Source: Eledone cirrhosa (Eukaryota). From it: a DNA stretch of 64,000 nucleotides. The stretch lies in contig OZ024765.1 of NCBI GenBank assembly GCA_964016885.1, forward strand, positions 5,394,001 through 5,458,000, given 5' to 3'. The translations under genes were made by a program, and so were the position numbers. Under the pieces are notes generated by a model. The model did not search any database. It was not told the origin of the DNA and was given only the letters and a program-made list of their open reading frames with translations. How positions within the stretch are numbered: the first letter of the stretch is position 1; the number at the start of each line of letters is the position of its first letter. Shown here in pieces: positions 1 to 14,995 of the stretch.

Positions 1-796
1 TGAACACCATACTGTATTTGACTGGCTTTAGTGGACGTAATGTCTTCACGTCTTGAACACCATACTGTATTTGACTGGGTTTAGTGGACGTAATGTCTTC
101 ACGTCTTGAACACCATACTGTATTTGACTGGCTTTAGTGGACGTAATGTCTTCACGTCTTGAACACCATACTGTATTTGACTGGCTTTAGTGGACGTAAT
201 GTCTTCACGTCTTGAACACCATACTGTATTTGACTGGCTTTAGTGGACGTAATGTCTTCACGTCTTGAACACCATACTGTATTTGACTGGCTTTAGTGGA
301 CGTAATGTCTTCACGTCTTGAACACCATACTGTATTTGACTGGCTTTAGTGGACGTAATGTCTTCACGTCTTGAACACCATACTGTATTTGACTGGGTTT
401 AGTGGACGTAATGTCTTCACGTCTTGAACACCATACTGTATTTGACTGGGTTTAGTGGACGCTATGTCTTCACGTCTTGAACACCATACTGTATTTGACT
501 GGGTTTAGTGGACGCTATGTCTTCACGTCTTGAACACCATACTGTATTTGACTGGGTTTAGTGGACGCTATGTCTTCACGTCTTGAACACCATACTGTAT
601 TTGACGGGGCTTAGTGGACGCTATGTCTTCACGTCTTGAACACCATACTGTATTTGACGGGGCTTAGTGGACGCTATGTCTTCACGTCTTGAACACCATA
701 CTGTATTTGACGGGGCTTAGTGGACGCTATGTCTTCACGTCTTGAACACCATACTGTATTTGACGGGGCTTAGTGGACGCTATGTCTTCACGTCTT
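1..796. repeat. 53-bp tandem minisatellite, 15 copies, runs off the window start
   Basis: Unit TGAACACCATACTGTATTTGACTGGCTTTAGTGGACGTAATGTCTTCACGTCT repeats with period 53; variants change progressively along the array. Confidence 0.97.
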
Positions 797-861
797 ATGG
801 ACCACGTGCAATATTTGCGGTTTTTCACCCTTTGTGAGTGGTCTAGGAACGTAGCCCCTGC

Positions 862-1158
862 GTATATATATATGTATGTATATGTATGTATGTATGTATA
901 TATGTATGTATATATATGTATGTATGTATGTATATATGTATGTATATGTATGTATGTATGTATATATATGTATGTATGTATGTATATATGTATATGTATG
1001 TATGTATATGTATGTATGTATATATGTATATATATGTATGTATATGTATGTATGTATATGTATGTATGTATATGTATGTATGTATATATATGTATGTATG
1101 TATATGTATGTATGTATGTATATATATATGTATGTATGTATATGTATGTATGTATATG

Positions 1159-1204
<46 letters not shown>

Positions 1205-1208
1205 TATG

Positions 1209-1240
<32 letters not shown>

Positions 1241-1262
1241 TATGTATGTATGTATATATATG

Positions 1263-1306
<44 letters not shown>

Positions 1307-1654
1307 ATGTATATATATATATATATATGTATGTATATATAACGTATATATATGTATGTATATATAATGTATATATATATGTATGTATATATAATGTATA
1401 TATATATGTATATATAATGTATATATATATGTATGTATATATAATGTATATATATATATATATATATAATGTATATATATATATATAATGTATATATAAT
1501 GTATATATATATATATATTTATATATATATGTGTATATATAATGTATCTATCTATATATATATATATATATGTGTATATATATAATGTATCTATATATAT
1601 ATATATATATATATATGTGTATATATATAATGTATCTATATATATATATATCTA

Positions 1655-1701
<47 letters not shown>

Positions 1702-1755
1702 ATATATATAATTTTCTATATATATATATAATGTATATATATACATATATATATG
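862..1755. repeat. (TA)n/(TATG)n compound microsatellite
   Basis: Direct inspection; source of the spurious Y/I/M/V/C ORFs. Confidence 0.95.
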
Positions 1756-2026
1756 CAGAGGTTATATTTAATTTGTTGGGATTCAACAAGCTTAAACATT
1801 TTTATAACTGATATAAAGCACTCAACAAGTTAGTGGAGTAAATACACTATCCAGGAAGCTCCAACCGCTAAGGTTGTCTTTTTTCCGGGTATATCAATAT
1901 TTATTTATAAAACAAATCTGTATTTTATCTGATGAAAGCGCACCATAATTTGCCTTGGTTGCCTTGAAATATGTATAATAAAATAAATATGGTTTTATAA
2001 ATATAGTTTCCATTTATTAATATATT
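1755..2026 (+). mobile_element. Short hammerhead-bearing element, family A (Penelope-like pLTR fragment)
   Basis: Homologous to minus-strand copies at ~5590-5780 and ~51918-52148 and a 3' fragment at 39817-39870; all end in ...TTTATAAATATAGTTTCCATTT(A/G)TTAAT next to (TA)n. Confidence 0.7.
1921..1985 (+). ncRNA. Minimal type I hammerhead ribozyme (family A)
   Basis: tattttat-CTGATGA-aagcgcacca...tggttgcctt-GAAA-tatgtATA-ataaaata: 8-bp stem I, intact core, AUA triplet. Confidence 0.7.
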
Positions 2027-2155
2027 GTATATGCATATATATATATTTATTTATTTATAATAATACATTTAATAATAATAATAAGAGGAAGAAGAGAAGG
2101 AAGAGGAATATAGAGTACGTGTATATATATATATATATATATATTCATATTTCGA

Positions 2156-2213
2156 ATACCTGATGATATCACCGGATTCATACGGAACCCGGTCATTGAA
2201 ATGATCATAGTAT
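2156..2213 (+). ncRNA. Minimal type I hammerhead ribozyme (family B)
   Basis: atac-CTGATGA-tatcaccgg...ccggtcatt-GAAA-tgatcATA-gtat; palindromic stem III ATGATCAT; homologous inverted pair at 50071-50310. Confidence 0.65.
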
Positions 2214-2282
2214 AATAAACCTTTCAAGGATTTACACAAATCCAGCCTCCTGTCATTTCATTATAATATTATATATATATAT

Positions 2283-2487
2283 AGTTATGTAATAAACAGT
2301 ATATGACAATTATACCATTTACCAAAGGTTTCACGAAGACTTACGAGCTCAACACAGACGTCTGTCTTCGTGAAATCTTTGGTAAATGGAATAATTGTCT
2401 TATGTTGTTTATTACATAATTAAATAGCTCTGTTGTTTACATAGAGCACTCTCCTTTCCTTTACCCTTCCTACGGAAATTATTCATT

Positions 2488-2488
<1 letters not shown>
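2283..2488 (+). mobile_element. Family C element: inverted short copy + 3' copy with tail
   Basis: Arms ~2283-2340 and ~2364-2421 are inverted repeats; the plus copy continues into a ~70-nt tail containing GCTCT...AGAGC; flanked by (TA)n. Confidence 0.7.
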
Positions 2489-2518
<30 letters not shown>

Positions 2519-2546
2519 CCAAATTCAATAAACAGACCAGGATTTT

Positions 2547-2604
2547 TTCATTCTGATGATTGAAAGCAACATTTTTTGCTTTTAAGAAACCACTGGTAAA
2601 TGGA
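2547..2604 (+). ncRNA. Minimal type I hammerhead ribozyme (family C), in element ~2515-2700
   Basis: ttcatt-CTGATGA-ttgaaagcaa...ttgcttttaa-GAAA-ccactgGTA-aatgga; GUA triplet. Confidence 0.75.
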
Positions 2605-2695
2605 ATAATTGCCTTATGTTGTTTATTACATAACTATTAAGCTCTGTTACCTACATAGAGCACTCTTTTTTCCTGGACTTTTCCGACGGAATTAC

Positions 2696-2772
<77 letters not shown>

Positions 2773-3139
2773 TAAATAATAGTGACGGCTCTATGAACTT
2801 CTACATACATTTATTGAAAGAGCTATATAATACATACTTCTCAGGGGTCTGGTAGATGGGAACAGGGTCTATGCCCTCGTATTGATAAACTATAGCAGTA
2901 GCTTGTCTTTATATCTAAAATACTATCTGATGAACTTGGGCCGATGGTTGCCTACTGATCACATCATACATTAACCACAGAGAAATATAATAGCTGGAAT
3001 AAATTCATACATAATTTCATGTCCTTCGTTACTATTTGCTGCATGTATACTCGCTTTGACACTACCAGACCAAAGTTGTATAGTTACATAGCGTCTCTCT
3101 CTCTCTGTCTCTCTCTCTCTATATATATATATCTATATC

Positions 3140-3189
<50 letters not shown>

Positions 3190-3249
3190 TATATAATATG
3201 TATATATAATATATATATATGTATATATATATATAGTATATATATATAT

Positions 3250-4121
<872 letters not shown>

Positions 4122-4595
4122 GTCATTTTCATTTCCCTCAAAGGACATCTATTGGCAGTCCCCCACCCCCACCACACACATGCCCCCACCACCATCACAC
4201 ACGTCCCCCACCCCCACCACCATCACACACGTCCCCCACCCCCCTCACGCCCCCACCCCCACCACACACGTCCCCCACCACCACTACACACACGCCCCAC
4301 CACCACCACCATTACACACGCCCCCCACCTTTCCACACGCAATCCCTTTAGAAAATACATGAAAAGGGGTCACTCAGCCAATCAGTCAGTCAGTTACATT
4401 ATTGGCATGGAGATCAGAAAGGGGACGGGGTCAGTGTGTATAATTGAGTGTGTGTGTGTGTGTGTGTGTAAGATACAATGTGCTTACCTTATATGTATGT
4501 ATGTGTGTATGTGTATATGTTTTTTTTTTTAGCGTTAGTGAACCCCTCCCGTCTCTCTCTCTCTATATATTTCCGGTATACCTCGGAAATCCACC

Positions 4596-4890
<295 letters not shown>

Positions 4891-4899
4891 GTATATATG

Positions 4900-4948
<49 letters not shown>

Positions 4949-5059
4949 GAGAATAAATGTGCTGCGGGGTTGCTAATGGGTTACATATGAATAAAGTTAG
5001 TCCTTCATCAGTGATCTTCCAACCATCGGAAGATCACTGATGAAGGACTAACTTTATTC

Positions 5060-5066
<7 letters not shown>
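4949..5066 (-). mobile_element. Family D element with perfect 39-bp hairpin
   Basis: Arms 4982-5020/5028-5066; related copies at ~6605-6700 (+) and ~15797-15862 (-); contains CACTGATGAAGGAC. Confidence 0.65.
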
Positions 5067-5096
<30 letters not shown>

Positions 5097-5527
5097 GTAA
5101 TTCCATCGGAAAAGTCCAGGAAAAAAGAGTGCTCTATGTAGGCAACAGAGCTTAATTATTATTATTATGTATGTATGTGTATATGTGTGTATATATGTGT
5201 ATGTGTGTGTAGGTGTACGTTTTATATATATATGTGTATATGTATATATGTATGCGTACATTTATATATATGTATATATGTATGTGTGTGTAAGTATGCT
5301 TTTGTGTTTTTATGTGTGTGTGTGTTTGCATGTGTAGTTTTATTTTATTTTTCCTTTCCTTCTCCCTTTTCCAGCCTCACTTTCATATATATTGCATTTT
5401 TGTTTTTAGAATCCAAATTCAATAAACAAACCAGGATTTTTCATTCTGGGGATTGAAAGCAAAACCTTTTGCTTTTAAGAAACCACTGGTAAATGGAATA
5501 TTTGCCTTATGTTGTTTATTACATAAT

Positions 5528-5594
<67 letters not shown>

Positions 5595-5625
5595 CAAATG
5601 GAAACTATATTTATAAAACCATATT

Positions 5626-5690
5626 TATTTCATTATACATATTTCAAGGACACCAAGTTAAATTATGGTGTGCTTTCATCAGACAAAATA
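5626..5690 (-). ncRNA. Minimal type I hammerhead ribozyme (family A), same strand as Runx pre-mRNA
   Basis: Reverse complement: tattttgt-CTGATGA-aagcacacca...tggtgtcctt-GAAA-tatgtATA-atgaaata. Confidence 0.7.
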
Positions 5691-5902
5691 CAATATAGAT
5701 CAGTTTTATAAATAAATATTGACATACCCTTAAAAATGCAACCATTACTGTTGGAAGCTCCCGGATAGTGGAGTTGTTTACTTATATTATTATTAGTATT
5801 GGATATTTTTATTTTTAAAATAAGTCGTTGGGTTACGGAGAGAGAGAAAAAAAGAGAGAGAGAGAAAAAAGAAAAGAGAGAGAAATTTGCATATATATAT
5901 TT

Positions 5903-5957
<55 letters not shown>

Positions 5958-5959
<2 letters not shown>

Positions 5960-6114
5960 CGAAGGAGGTGTGGTAAGGAACCAGGTGGACCATAACGCAC
6001 CAGAGTACTCAATACTTAGGGTAGTAGAGTGGGTAATAGGAACAAGTAAGACCCCGACGGCTGAGCTCAAGCTGTTTCGACGGCTTGATCTCAGCCGTCG
6101 GGGTCTTACTTGTT

Positions 6115-6119
<5 letters not shown>
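5958..6119 (-). mobile_element. Family E element with terminal hairpin (6036-6119)
   Basis: Homologous copies at 18258-18398, 33470-33610 and 44944-45150, all embedded in (TA)n. Confidence 0.75.
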
Positions 6120-6168
<49 letters not shown>

Positions 6169-6298
6169 TGAGAGAGAGAGAGAGAGATGGACAAACGGAG
6201 TTGAAGTTAGTTTTGACGGTGGACAGAAGACAGAAGAAAACAGGAAGAAGACAGAAGAATGAAGATTAAGTCATACCTATATAAATTGTTTGTGTGTG

Positions 6299-6374
<76 letters not shown>

Positions 6375-6696
6375 TGCTATAGACATTTGATAGTAGTGTT
6401 AATATAGTGTATATACGTATGTGTGTACGTTAATGTATATATTATACATGCGTAATACATAAAGTAGGTAGTGAAAGTTGTTTGAAGTGTATATTCAACA
6501 TTATATAATACATAAACAATTATATAATATATATATAAGTGTTTACATTTTGAACTTCGTTATTTTCACTGCTTAGACGTCTAATATGTGTGTGTGTGTA
6601 TATAAGCGATGAAATGCCCAGGACGGTTGGAGGGTCACTGATGAAGGACTCACTTTCTTATATGTAACCCATTTGCAACGCCGCAGCTCCATTATT

Positions 6697-6744
<48 letters not shown>

Positions 6745-7497
6745 GTGTGTGTGTGTTGTTGTTTCTGACGAAGACGGTTAGATGGATGGCTCTGGGACAT
6801 ACGTGCCGACGTAACCACTCTCAATTAGGCTGTATATCGATTTATCATGATAGAACAGCTCTGTGAAACGAACGTAAAACAATGAGAATTTATCTATCTG
6901 AAAGGTGGGTGAATGTGGCAAAAATGGCCCGAGTGATTGGGCCTTCTCTGTATATAAACCTGTAGGTTGAGGAAGAGAGCAAAAGGAAGAAAGGAGCACT
7001 TGCTCAACACGCTCCTGAAGTTGAGGGTTGTTCTATCTACGGGGTATTAAACAACCCATTGGTGGCCCCTTCCCCCCTATTGGGGATTTCGATTGTTATA
7101 ATTGTTTGTTTCAATATTTTTATAGGACTGTATGTAAAATCCCCAGCATGTGTCTTTGTATTGTCCCCCTTTCTTTTGCGCCCTTGTGGCAAATAAAGAA
7201 ATATATCTATATATGTGTGTGTGCAATAGAAACGGTATGTCACACGGTTCCTAATGAGAGACGTGTTAATCAAGTAATCAGGTAGCCCTTCCCTGTGGAA
7301 AGAGATGAAAGGGACGAACTGCCGACAGACGAACTGCCGACAGACCTATCAACAAAAGTTGGAACTATGTATTGATAGATGCAACTGACCTTGGTCAGTA
7401 GGTGTGGCCATCTACCCTAAACCTTCAAATATATACTGTGTTGTAGCACGAAGGATTTGTTTAATAAAATAACCATTGTTGTCTCGTGTATGGTTGG

Positions 7498-8357
7498 CTA
7501 AACTCTAAACCTAACCCAACCTTAACTTTTACCCAAACACAATCCTAACTTTAACCCTAACCAAAACCAAAACCCTAACTCAAACCCTAACCCTAACCCT
7601 AGCCCTAACCTTAACTCTAACCCTAACTCTAACCCTAACTATAACCCTAACCCTAACTCTAACCCTAGCCCTAACCTTAACTCTAACCCTAACTCTAACC
7701 CTAGCCCTAACCTTAACTCTAACCCTAACTCTAACCCTAGCCCTAACCTTAACTCTAACCCTAACTCTAACCCTAGCCCTAACCTTAACTCTAACTCTAA
7801 CCCTAGCCCTAACCTTAACTCTAACCCTAACTATAACCCTAACCCTAACCTTAACTCTAACCCTAGCCCTAACCTTAACTCTAACCCTAACTCTAACCCT
7901 AGCCCTAACCTTAACTCTAACTCTAACTATAACCCTAACCCTAACCTTAACTCTAACCCTAGCCCTAACCTTAACTCTAACCCTAACTCTAACCCTAGCC
8001 CTAACCTTAACTCTAACCCTAACTATAACCCTAACCCTAACCTTAACTCTAACCCTAGCCCTAACCTTAACTCTAACCCTAACTCTAACCCTAGCCCTAA
8101 CCTTAACTCTAACTCTAACCCTAGCCCTAACCTTAACTCTAACCCTAACTATAACCCTAACCCTAACCTTAACTCTAACCCTAGCCCCAACCTTAACTCT
8201 AACCCTAACTATAACCCTAGCCCTAACCTTAACTATAACCCTAATCCTAGCCCTCACCTTAACTATAACTCTACCCCTAATCTTAACCCTAACCTTAACT
8301 ATAACTCTACCCCTAATCTTAACCCTAAACCTAATCTTAACTATAACTCTAACCCTA
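7498..8357. repeat. Degenerate telomere-like hexamer array (TAACCC/TAACTC/TAGCCC/TAACCT)n
   Basis: Hexamer periodicity related to (TTAGGG)n on the minus strand; gives the spurious RV-repeat ORF. Confidence 0.9.
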
Positions 8358-8654
8358 ATGACGTCGTATGTTTTATTTTGCTGTGGTGGAGGTGTAACTA
8401 AAAACTTAGAAACTTACCCCAGGCAGACGATGTCGCTAAATTTGATCACCTGGATCTATCATATAAGTGAGTGTGCGTATATATATATATATGTGTGTGT
8501 GTGTGTACTTGTGTGCATGTACATGTATATGGATGTATATGTACACGTGCATATGCGTGTGTGTATAGCATGTATGTATATATGTGTGTGTTGTTTGTTC
8601 ATATATCCAAATTTTGGCACATGGTCAGCGATTTTGGGGAAAAGAGAAAGTTGA

Positions 8655-8800
8655 TCAATTCGACCCTAGTATTTAACTGGTACTATATTTTATGGACCTC
8701 CGAAGGATGAAAATCAAAGTTGACCTCGGCGGGATTTAAACTGAGAACGTAAAGGGACGTAACCATATGCCACAAAGCATGTCCGACGTTCTACCGATTT
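8655..8800 (-). mobile_element. tRNA-derived SINE, diverged copy
   Basis: Similar to the copies at 10696-11076 (GAAGGATGAAAATCAAAGTTGACCTCGGCGGGATTT). Confidence 0.7.
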
Positions 8801-8833
8801 TTTAATGATAATTAGAGATTTAATGTAAGTAAA

Positions 8834-9928
8834 TACATACACACATACATAATACATACATCTATACATCTATACATGCATTTATACATACATACATACA
8901 TACATACACACATACATAATACATACATCTATACATCTATACATGCATTTATACATACATACATACATACATTTATACATGCATACATACATTTATTTAT
9001 ACATACATACATACATTTATACATACATACATACATACATACATACATTTATACATACATACATTTATACATACATACATACATCTATACATCTATACAT
9101 GCATTTATACATACATCTATACATGCATACATACATACATACATACATACATACATACATACATACATACATACATACATACATACATTTATACATACAT
9201 ACATTTATAGATACATACATTTATACATACATACATTTATACATACATACATACATCTATACATGCATACATACATTTATACATACATACATACATACAT
9301 ACATACATTTATATATACACTCGTTTGTTGGTGAGTTTTAACACCACCTCCACCAACAACAACACCACCAACAACAACAACAACACCATCACCACCAACA
9401 CCACCTCCACCAACAACACCACCACCAACAACACCACCTCCACCAACAGTACCAACAACAACAACACCATCACCACCACCAACAACAACACCACCAACAC
9501 CAACACCACCAACACCACCAACACCACCAACACCACCAACACCAACAACAACATCACCACCACCTCCAACAACACCACCATCACCTCCAACAACACCACC
9601 AACACCAACACCACCAACACCACCAACACCAACAACAACATCACCATCACCTCCAACAACACCACCACCACCAACACCACCAACACCACCATCACCTCCA
9701 ACAACACCACCATCACCTCCAACAACACCACCATCACCTCCAACAACACCACCATCACCTCCACCAACACCACCTCCACCAACAACACCAACACCACCTC
9801 CACCAACAACACCAACACCACCATCACCTCCAACAACACCACCACCAACACCAACAACAACACCTCCACCAACACCAACACCACCAACAACAACACCTTC
9901 ACCAACATTATACATTAAACTTTTAATC

Positions 9929-10022
<94 letters not shown>
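8834..10022. repeat. (TACA)n, (CAA/CAC)n and (TG)n simple repeats
   Basis: Direct inspection. Confidence 0.9.
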
Positions 10023-10026
<4 letters not shown>

Positions 10027-10098
10027 GTGTCTGATGCTTCCAGAGGCGGTATGCCGGTTGAGCACTCTATGCTCTTACAGATCAGAGTATATATATAC

Positions 10099-10154
<56 letters not shown>

Positions 10155-10231
10155 GCACACACATAATACATACATATACAAACACGTGTTCCGTTGCTGG
10201 TCAGTTTTAACAGCAACATCAATAACAATAA

Positions 10232-10418
10232 CTGTGTCTACGTTAGGCACAAGGCCAGCAATTACCCCCAGTGCATTACTGGTACTTTATTTTATCGACC
10301 CCGTGAGGATGAAAGGCAAAGTCAACCTCGGCGAGATTTGAACACAGAATGGCAAGGGCCGTAACTCTATGCGTCAAAGCATGGCGTCCGACCCTCTACC
10401 GATACTGCCAATCCACCG
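10232..10418 (-). mobile_element. tRNA-derived SINE (Meta-like central domain)
   Basis: Minus strand shows A-box-like TGGCAGTATCGG, B-box GTTCAAATC and central GCCTTTCATCCTCACGGGGTCGATAAAATAAAGTACCAG. Confidence 0.8.
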
Positions 10419-10533
10419 TTTCAACATCAATAATGATTTCTTTATTTGGCCACAAGGGCTGACATCAAGAAAAACATCACAGACGGAACAGGACGGTACG
10501 ATGTGGGTTTTGTGCGTGTAAATATGTTTATTA

Positions 10534-10660
10534 TTTACGATCTGAGTTCAAATCCCGCTGAGGTTAACTTTGCCTTTCATCCTTACGGGGTCGATAAAAT
10601 AAAGTACCAGTAATGCACTGGGTAATTGCTGGCCTTGTGCCTAAAGTAGAAACAATTATT
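10534..10660 (+). mobile_element. tRNA-derived SINE, 5'-truncated
   Basis: B-box GAGTTCAAATCCC, central domain GCCTTTCATCCTTACGGGGTCGATAAAATAAAGTACCAG, (ATT)n tail. Confidence 0.8.
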
Positions 10661-10695
10661 TATATAAGAAAAGAAAAAAAGACATAAAACATATT

Positions 10696-11076
10696 AATAA
10701 TTGTTTCTACTTTAGGCACAAGGCCAGCAATTAACCCAGTGCATTACTGGTACTTTATTTTATCGACCCCGTAAGGATGAAAGGCAAAGTCAACCTCGGC
10801 GGGATTTGAACTCAGATCGTAAAGGGACGTAACTATGCTGGAAAGCATGGCGTCCGACCCTCTACCGATACAGACAAACCACCGCCACCCTAAGATAATT
10901 GTTTCTACTTTAGGCACAAGGCCAGCAATTAACCCAGTGCATTACTGGTACTTTATTTTATCGACCCCCGTAAGGATGAAAGGCAAAGTCAACCTCGGCG
11001 GGATTTGAACTCGGATCGTAAAGGGACGTAACTATGCTGGAAAGCATGGCGTCCGACCCTCTACCGATACTGCCAA
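10696..11076 (-). mobile_element. Head-to-tail SINE dimer flanked by a ~20-bp target-site duplication
   Basis: Two near-identical units (~10696-10888, ~10896-11076); ACATAAAACATATTAATAAT at 10682-10701 and 11076-11095. Confidence 0.8.
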
Positions 11077-11090
11077 CATAAAACATATTA

Positions 11091-11858
<768 letters not shown>

Positions 11859-12432
11859 TTAGATATATCGATAGATATATACACAGAAATGTGTTTGTGT
11901 TGGTGTATTTATTATATATATATATATATATAGATACTATATATATATACTATTTATATATATACTATATATATATATTATATATATATATATTATATAT
12001 ATAGTATATATATATATAGCTATATATATATACTATATATATATACTATATATATATACTATATATATATACTATATATATACTATATATAGTATATATA
12101 TATATATACTACATATATAGTATATATATATATATATATATATATATACTACATATATAGTATATATATATATATACTATATATATAGTATATATACTAC
12201 ATATATAGTATATATGTATATATATACTACATATATAGTATATATATATATACTATATATATGATATACATATACTATATATATGGTATATATATACTAC
12301 ATATATAGTATATATATATATATATATACTATATATATAGTATCTATATATATATAGATACTATATATATAGTATATATATATATACTATATATATAGTA
12401 TCTCTATATATATAGTATATATATAGTATATA

Positions 12433-12463
<31 letters not shown>

Positions 12464-12989
12464 CTATATATATATAGTATATACTATATACTATATATAT
12501 ATAATATATACTATATACTATATATATATAGTATATACTATATACTATATATATATAGTATAGTGATATTACTTTAATACTATAGTATATAGTATTAAAG
12601 ATGTGTACTTAGGGTTCTGGGGTTATGTAGTGCGGAGTGGTGTGGTTGTAATATTAACGATGTGAGAGAGAGAAAGAGGGTAGGCAGTGGTATATATAGG
12701 GTACATATAAGGTATATATAAGGTATATATATATATATCCAGTGTATAGAATATAAACAAACCAGGCACGAGCCGTGCCGGTAACAACGAAGATTTATAA
12801 ACCAACACAAAATCAAAACAGTTGTTATTTTCTTGTTTTCCTTTCTTTCTTTAACATCTCATGGCGTGTTCCTTTCACAAAAAACTACTACTACTACTAC
12901 TACTACTATTACTACCACTAATACTAGTAGTAGTAGTAGTTATGGAAATGTTGGTCGATCTGTGCGATGATGATGATGATGATGGGGTG

Positions 12990-13048
<59 letters not shown>

Positions 13049-13178
13049 GTGTGTGTGTATATATAATTGCGTGTCCTGTATCACGACAGACCCTGATTTA
13101 TAATTACGACTCGGATCTGTGTATATATATGTGTATATAAATATATATATCTATATATATATATATGTGTGTATATAT

Positions 13179-13229
<51 letters not shown>

Positions 13230-13844
13230 TATATATATAAATAAATAAATATATATATAGATTTAGTATTGGTAATAATGAGGGGATCCGACTATATATA
13301 TATATATACACAGTAATAAGGGGTCCAAGTGTTTGTGTATATATATATATATATATATGTGTATATATATATAATAAATGTATGTATATAACGTGTGTAG
13401 TGTGTGTGTGTATATATATATAAGCACACTACAGACCCCCGTCTTGTTGTAACGGCGAGGTGTGTTGCAAGTGAAAGCCGTCAGCGGATCTGACTGAAAC
13501 CAAAACAAAAACAGAAGGCGGCCTCTCCCCTCCTTCCTCCTCTACTCTTACTCCACCTCCCTTAATTTTACCTCCTCCTCCTTCTCCTCCTCCTTCTTCT
13601 TCTTCTTCTTCTTCCGCTTTCACATCTTACCTTTTTCTTCTACTTCTTCCACTCCCTCCTTCCACGTCTTCCATATTCTTGCTCCTCCTCCTCCTCCTTC
13701 TACTGCTACTGCTACTGCTACTGTTACTACTACTACTACCACCACCGCCGCCACTGCCCCCCTCCTCCCGTACAACAACAGCAGCAGCAGCAGCAGCTCT
13801 CATGTTCTGGTAGCAGCAGCAGCTCTAGTTAGTTATGTAGTAAT

Positions 13845-14519
13845 TTTAATAGTAGTTGTAGTTGTTGATGGTGGTGTTGGTGTTGTTGGTGGTGTTGATG
13901 GTGGTGGTGGTGGTTGTGGTGGTGTTGTTGTTGGTGATGGTGTTGATGGTGGTGTTGGTGTTGTTGGTGGTGTTGATGGTGGTTGTGGTGGTGGTGGTGT
14001 TGTTGTTGGTGGTGGTGTTGATGGTGGTGTTGGTGTTGATGGTGGTGGTGGTGTTGGTGGTGGTGGTAGTGGTGTTGTTGTTGATGGTGGTGTTGTTGTT
14101 GGTGGTGGTGGTGGTAGTGGTGTTGTTGTTGATGGTGGTGGTGTTGGTGTTGTTGGTGGTGTTGTTGTTGGTGGTGGTGTTGGTGTTGTTGATGGTGGTG
14201 GTGGTTGTGGTGGTGGTGTTGATGGTGGTGGTGGTGTTGTTGGTGGTGTTGATGGTGGTTGTGGTTGTGGTGTTGATGGTGGTGTTGTTGTTGGTGGTGG
14301 TGTTGGTGTTGGTGTTGTTGGTGGTGGTGGTGTAGTTGTTGGTGGTGTTGTTGATGGTGTTGGTGTTGGTGGTGTTGATGGTGGTGGTGGTTGTGGTGGT
14401 GTTGATGGTGGTGGTGGTTGTTGGTGGTGGTGTTGATGTTGTTGATATTGGTGTTCTTGGTGCTGGTGGTGGTGGTGGTAGTGGTGTTGGTGGTGGTGGT
14501 GGGGGTGTTGTTGGTATTG

Positions 14520-14550
<31 letters not shown>

Positions 14551-14835
14551 GGTGGGATGGTTGTGTTGGTGTTGTTGGTGGAGGTGGTGGCGACTGTGTT
14601 AGTGGTGGTGGTTGTAGTGTTGGTGGTGGTTGTGGTGTTGGTGTTAGTGCCGGCTGTGTGAATGACCATGATAGAAGTGGTGGTGGTGGTGGCTGTAGTA
14701 GTGGTGGTGGTGGAGGTAGAGGTGGTGGTGCCTGTTGTAGTGGTGGTGCCGGCGGTGGAGTTGGAGGTGCCGACTGTAGTGGTAGTGGTGGTGGAGCCTG
14801 TTGTAGTGGTGGAGGTGGTGGTGGTGGTGGTGTAG
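13845..14835. repeat. (GGT/GTT/GAT)n trinucleotide low-complexity tract
   Basis: Direct inspection; gives poly-H/Q/P/T/V pseudo-ORFs. Confidence 0.9.
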
Positions 14836-14946
14836 TGCACAAGGCCAGTAATTTAGAGGGGGTGGAGAAGTGATTGATTACCCCTCTACGCATTTATTGT
14901 TTTCAACACATTTCATCGATCTCTCTTTATCGAACTGCTAGTTTCC

Positions 14947-14995
<49 letters not shown>

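Noticed and set aside
1-796. CRISPR-like regular repeat
   Set aside because: Contiguous tandem units with no unique spacers; eukaryotic context; no cas genes.
2923-2992. Possible hammerhead ctat-CTGATGA...GAAA-tATA-atag
   Set aside because: Stem II could not be folded convincingly; left uncalled.
10696-11076. tRNA genes suggested by A/B boxes
   Set aside because: The boxes belong to multi-copy SINE heads; no cloverleaf.
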